Source: Macrostomum lignano
Taxonomy: Eukaryota
Length of the DNA: 37,276 nt
Reading direction: 5' to 3'
NCBI GenBank assembly: GCA_002269645.1
Contig: NIVC01003932.1
Coordinates: 1 to 37,276 of the forward strand
How positions within the stretch are numbered: position 1 is the first letter of the stretch; every line of letters starts with the position of its first letter. Shown in pieces: positions 34,550-37,276 of the stretch. A model generated the notes under the pieces. The model was given only the letters and a program-made list of their open reading frames with translations, was not told the DNA's origin and did not search any database. The position numbers and the translations under genes were made by a program.

Positions 34550-37276
34550 ACACGATGGTGTCCACGGCGGAAAGCATATACATGTATGATTCCACGATCG
34601 AGACCATGCATGTTGATATCATTGAAACGCCGGTGCGCATGGAGTTCGACACCGGAGCATCATCGGTGTCACTCATATCACCGAAAACCTTCAAATGTGC
34701 TGAAGGGGCGGTCGTACATGTAGCTCGAGCGGTTTCCATGCATTTCGGTGCCCGTGCTTTTTCGGTGCCGGCATTTCGGTGCCCCAGATGCCTTTCGGTG
34801 CCCCAGTTTTATATTACGCCAAAATGATAATAATAAAAAAGAAATCCTATACAGTAACAAATATAATAAATGACTTTACAAAAACGTTCGATATTCCTAA
34901 TAAAAGCATGGTATTCATTTTTAAACTGGCACGTTTCTTTAAATTGGAAAAATCCGTCAAATTTAATTGCATACATTTGCTGTATCCTGTATATACAATA
35001 CAAGCTGGCTGCACTCAGCAAGCGGGCTAGTGCTATGAAGACTTAGTTAGGAAAGTTTAAATCCACTAACGAAGCTACATGTAGTTTTGATCGAAATTAT
35101 GAAATGTGACAATAAGTACTGCAAAGACAAAGCACTTACTGCTAAATTAGGGCTCAATCTCTGTATTTTGTGTCCAATTCTAATGTATAATTTGGGCACC
35201 GAAAAGCAAGCTGCATGGGGCACCGAAATGACGGGCACCGAAAAGCACAGGCACCGAAAAGCGTGAATACCGCTCGAGCGCCAACATCTGAGCTCCTGCT
35301 GTTGCCGCGCGTATTCGGTGTAGGCAGCGCCTACTATCGTGTGCGTTGGGGTGGTTTGTTATACGCGTGACTCTGATAGCTCCCCCTAGCACTTACAATA
35401 TGCATGGTACGTGCGACTTTGCCACCATCCTGACTCAGCTCAATTCAGTCAATAAAATACTGATGGCTAATAAGCTATTATTCTCGCCTGGAAGCTTGGC
35501 AACTATCGACTACAACAAACAGTCTAGCCTAGCTATAGTCTCGTTTCACTCGCTACAGTCGCATCGCAAGAAAACCGCATCCATCGCTCTAGCACCATGA
35601 ACCACTTTTTGATCTCAGACGACCCTCACAATGCTGGAAAGCGCCGGCGCAAATTGACAGCGCGCCTTCACAGATTTTTATCGAGAGGCGTCCGGAGTTG
35701 CAAATGAGAACTACATGTTGAAGTGCAAGCTGCTCTGCTACAGTGCCGGAAAGGATCTCTCGCACATCGTACGCTTCGGAGACCCCTCAGCAGGTTATGC
35801 TGGTCATCCTCAGGGACTTCGACGGTGTCTGGTGGGTCCACGACGACGCGTCATCTTCTACGCCATGGACGCCAAGCAGCACCACGACAGATAGGACGCC
35901 TCCGCGAATCGCGGATTCATCGCCTTCGCGAATTCGGCATCATGCTGAAAAAGGACAAGTGTAAGTTCGCCAAACCGGCTGTTGAATTTCTCGGGATTCA
36001 CCTGTCAGACAACAAGGGGTATCCAACCAGCTGCTGAGAAAATTGGCCCAATGCAAGACTTCGGGTAGCCCGCCAATGTTTAAGAAGTTCGGTCACTTCT
36101 CGGCACCGCAAACTCTCTGGCAAAGTTTATCCCAAGATTATCGAATCAGCCCCGCTGCGACATTTGACCCAGAAGGGCTAGCCATGGGAGTGGACTGCCA
36201 GCCATACTGAGGTACTCAGCACCATCGAGAAGGTCATCGCCGGAGCCGACACGCTGGCATTCTTCGACGCTAGCGGCAGACGGAGCTTCTGGTGACGCGT
36301 CTCCCATCGGTCTTCATTTTCACCCAGAAGCAGCCAGAGGGCAGCAGCACCAGACCCGTGGCCTACGCCAGCCGAGCTCTGTCGCCGGAGCCCAGGCCAA
36401 ACATCGGTGAGGTCATCGATGCGGCATTCGTCAGTGCCGTATCAGCTGCAAGTTCCGTGCTAAAGGGATTCAGCCTTCAGCAGATCCAAGAGTCTTCAAG
36501 GTCTAACACGGAGATCCAGGCTGCACTATGCGCAATCAGAACCGGCAGCTGGAACATGCTCGACCCGGTGCAACGTGCACTTAAGTCCAGCCGCAGTGAA
36601 CTGTCCGAGAGCAACGGGAGACCGGTTCTATAGCTGGCCTATCTCGGTGCGGACAAAACCCTGAAGCGACTGCAGACCAAAGTGTGGTGGCCAAAGATTC
36701 GCAGCGACTGCGAAGTCTTCGTCAAGCGCTGTGTCTGTTGCCAAGCAGCGGCCATGCACGTGCACCAGATGCCTCTGAAGCCGACGGAAATACCGGATGG
36801 ACCTTGGAACTGCTCAGCATGGACTTCTACGGTTCGGTGCAAGGTCAGATGCTGCTGGTCACTACGGACCTGTATTCCAAGTACCCAGAAGTCGACATCA
36901 TGCAGTCAACGATGGCCGGCAACGTGACACCGCATTTGAGACGGCTCTTCGGTCCGCACGGCATCCCTGCTGAGGCCATCACGGACGACAACGGGCCGCA
37001 CTTCAACTTTCTATCGCAGCTTCCTCAGCGGATACGGAGTTCATCATCGGTTCATGCTGTCCGTTGCATCTAGAGTCCAACGGAGCCACTGAGCGTGTCA
37101 AACTGCAGCATCGGGAAGGTGGTGGAAGACTGCTGTTGCTGAAGGTCGGTACTGGAGAGAGGCCCTGGACGACTGCTTCTGGCGTTCCGCACTACGCCTC
37201 ACCGAGCAACTGGGCGGACTCCGGCGAACTCCTCATGGCAGACCGATTAACGACGGAATCTCAGCCAGCAGACAGC
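34550..37276 (+). mobile_element. Decayed Ty3/Gypsy LTR-retrotransposon pol (protease, RT, RNase H, integrase), continuing past the window end
   Basis: Protease MEFDTGAS.VSLIS (DTGA 34648-34659). RT remnant ILRDFDGVWWVHDD and LKKDKCKFAKPAVEFLG. RNase H remnant RPVAYASRALS. Integrase zinc finger KTLKRLQTKVWWPKIRSDCEVFVKRCVCCQ; core MDFYG..DLYSKYPEV..FGPHGIP..DNGPHF and SNGATER. Domain order PR-RT-RH-IN. Many frameshifts, stops and deletions; no LTR seen. Confidence 0.88.
34730..35272. mobile_element. 543-bp MITE with CGGT...ACCG ends, inserted into the Gypsy protease region; flanked by CTCGAG on both sides
   Basis: CTCGAG at 34724-34729 and 35273-35278. About 85-95-bp imperfect TIRs, each with four (C/T)TTTCGGTGCC subrepeats (GGCACCGAAA on the right); AT-rich interior. 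Confidence 0.85.

Overview
Repeat-rich animal (metazoan) genomic DNA, not prokaryotic. The high minisatellite load and the CAG/GCT-rich coding style resemble the flatworm Macrostomum, but that is an unverified impression. One host gene is present: a three-exon FoxO transcription factor on the minus strand (22912-22391, 20356-20261, 19103-18186; about 511 aa). It was rebuilt by hand from GT-AG junctions, and the ORF track misses its 96-bp middle exon. Four different minisatellite arrays lie inside or directly 3' of this gene. About 1 kb upstream, head-to-head with it, is a full-length LOA/R1-group LINE (23962-29863) with an 11-bp target-site duplication, ORF1, and ORF2 (APE endonuclease, RT, RNase H, Cys/His motif), broken only by three single-base deletions. 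The left end of the window is a nearly invariant 273-bp satellite (about 21 copies). The rest holds two CORE-SINE copies, five non-autonomous inverted-repeat elements (three with readable TSDs) and a decayed Ty3/Gypsy pol interrupted by a MITE. I see no clearly new multi-gene system. The best leads are the repeat-FoxO interactions (repeat-encoded polyA signals, a stop-containing cryptic acceptor array, an adjacent intact-looking LINE), the altered Akt/14-3-3 motifs in FoxO, and an unusual CGG-ended element with a 6-bp TSD. All alignments and counts were done by eye, so boundaries of degenerate repeats are approximate.
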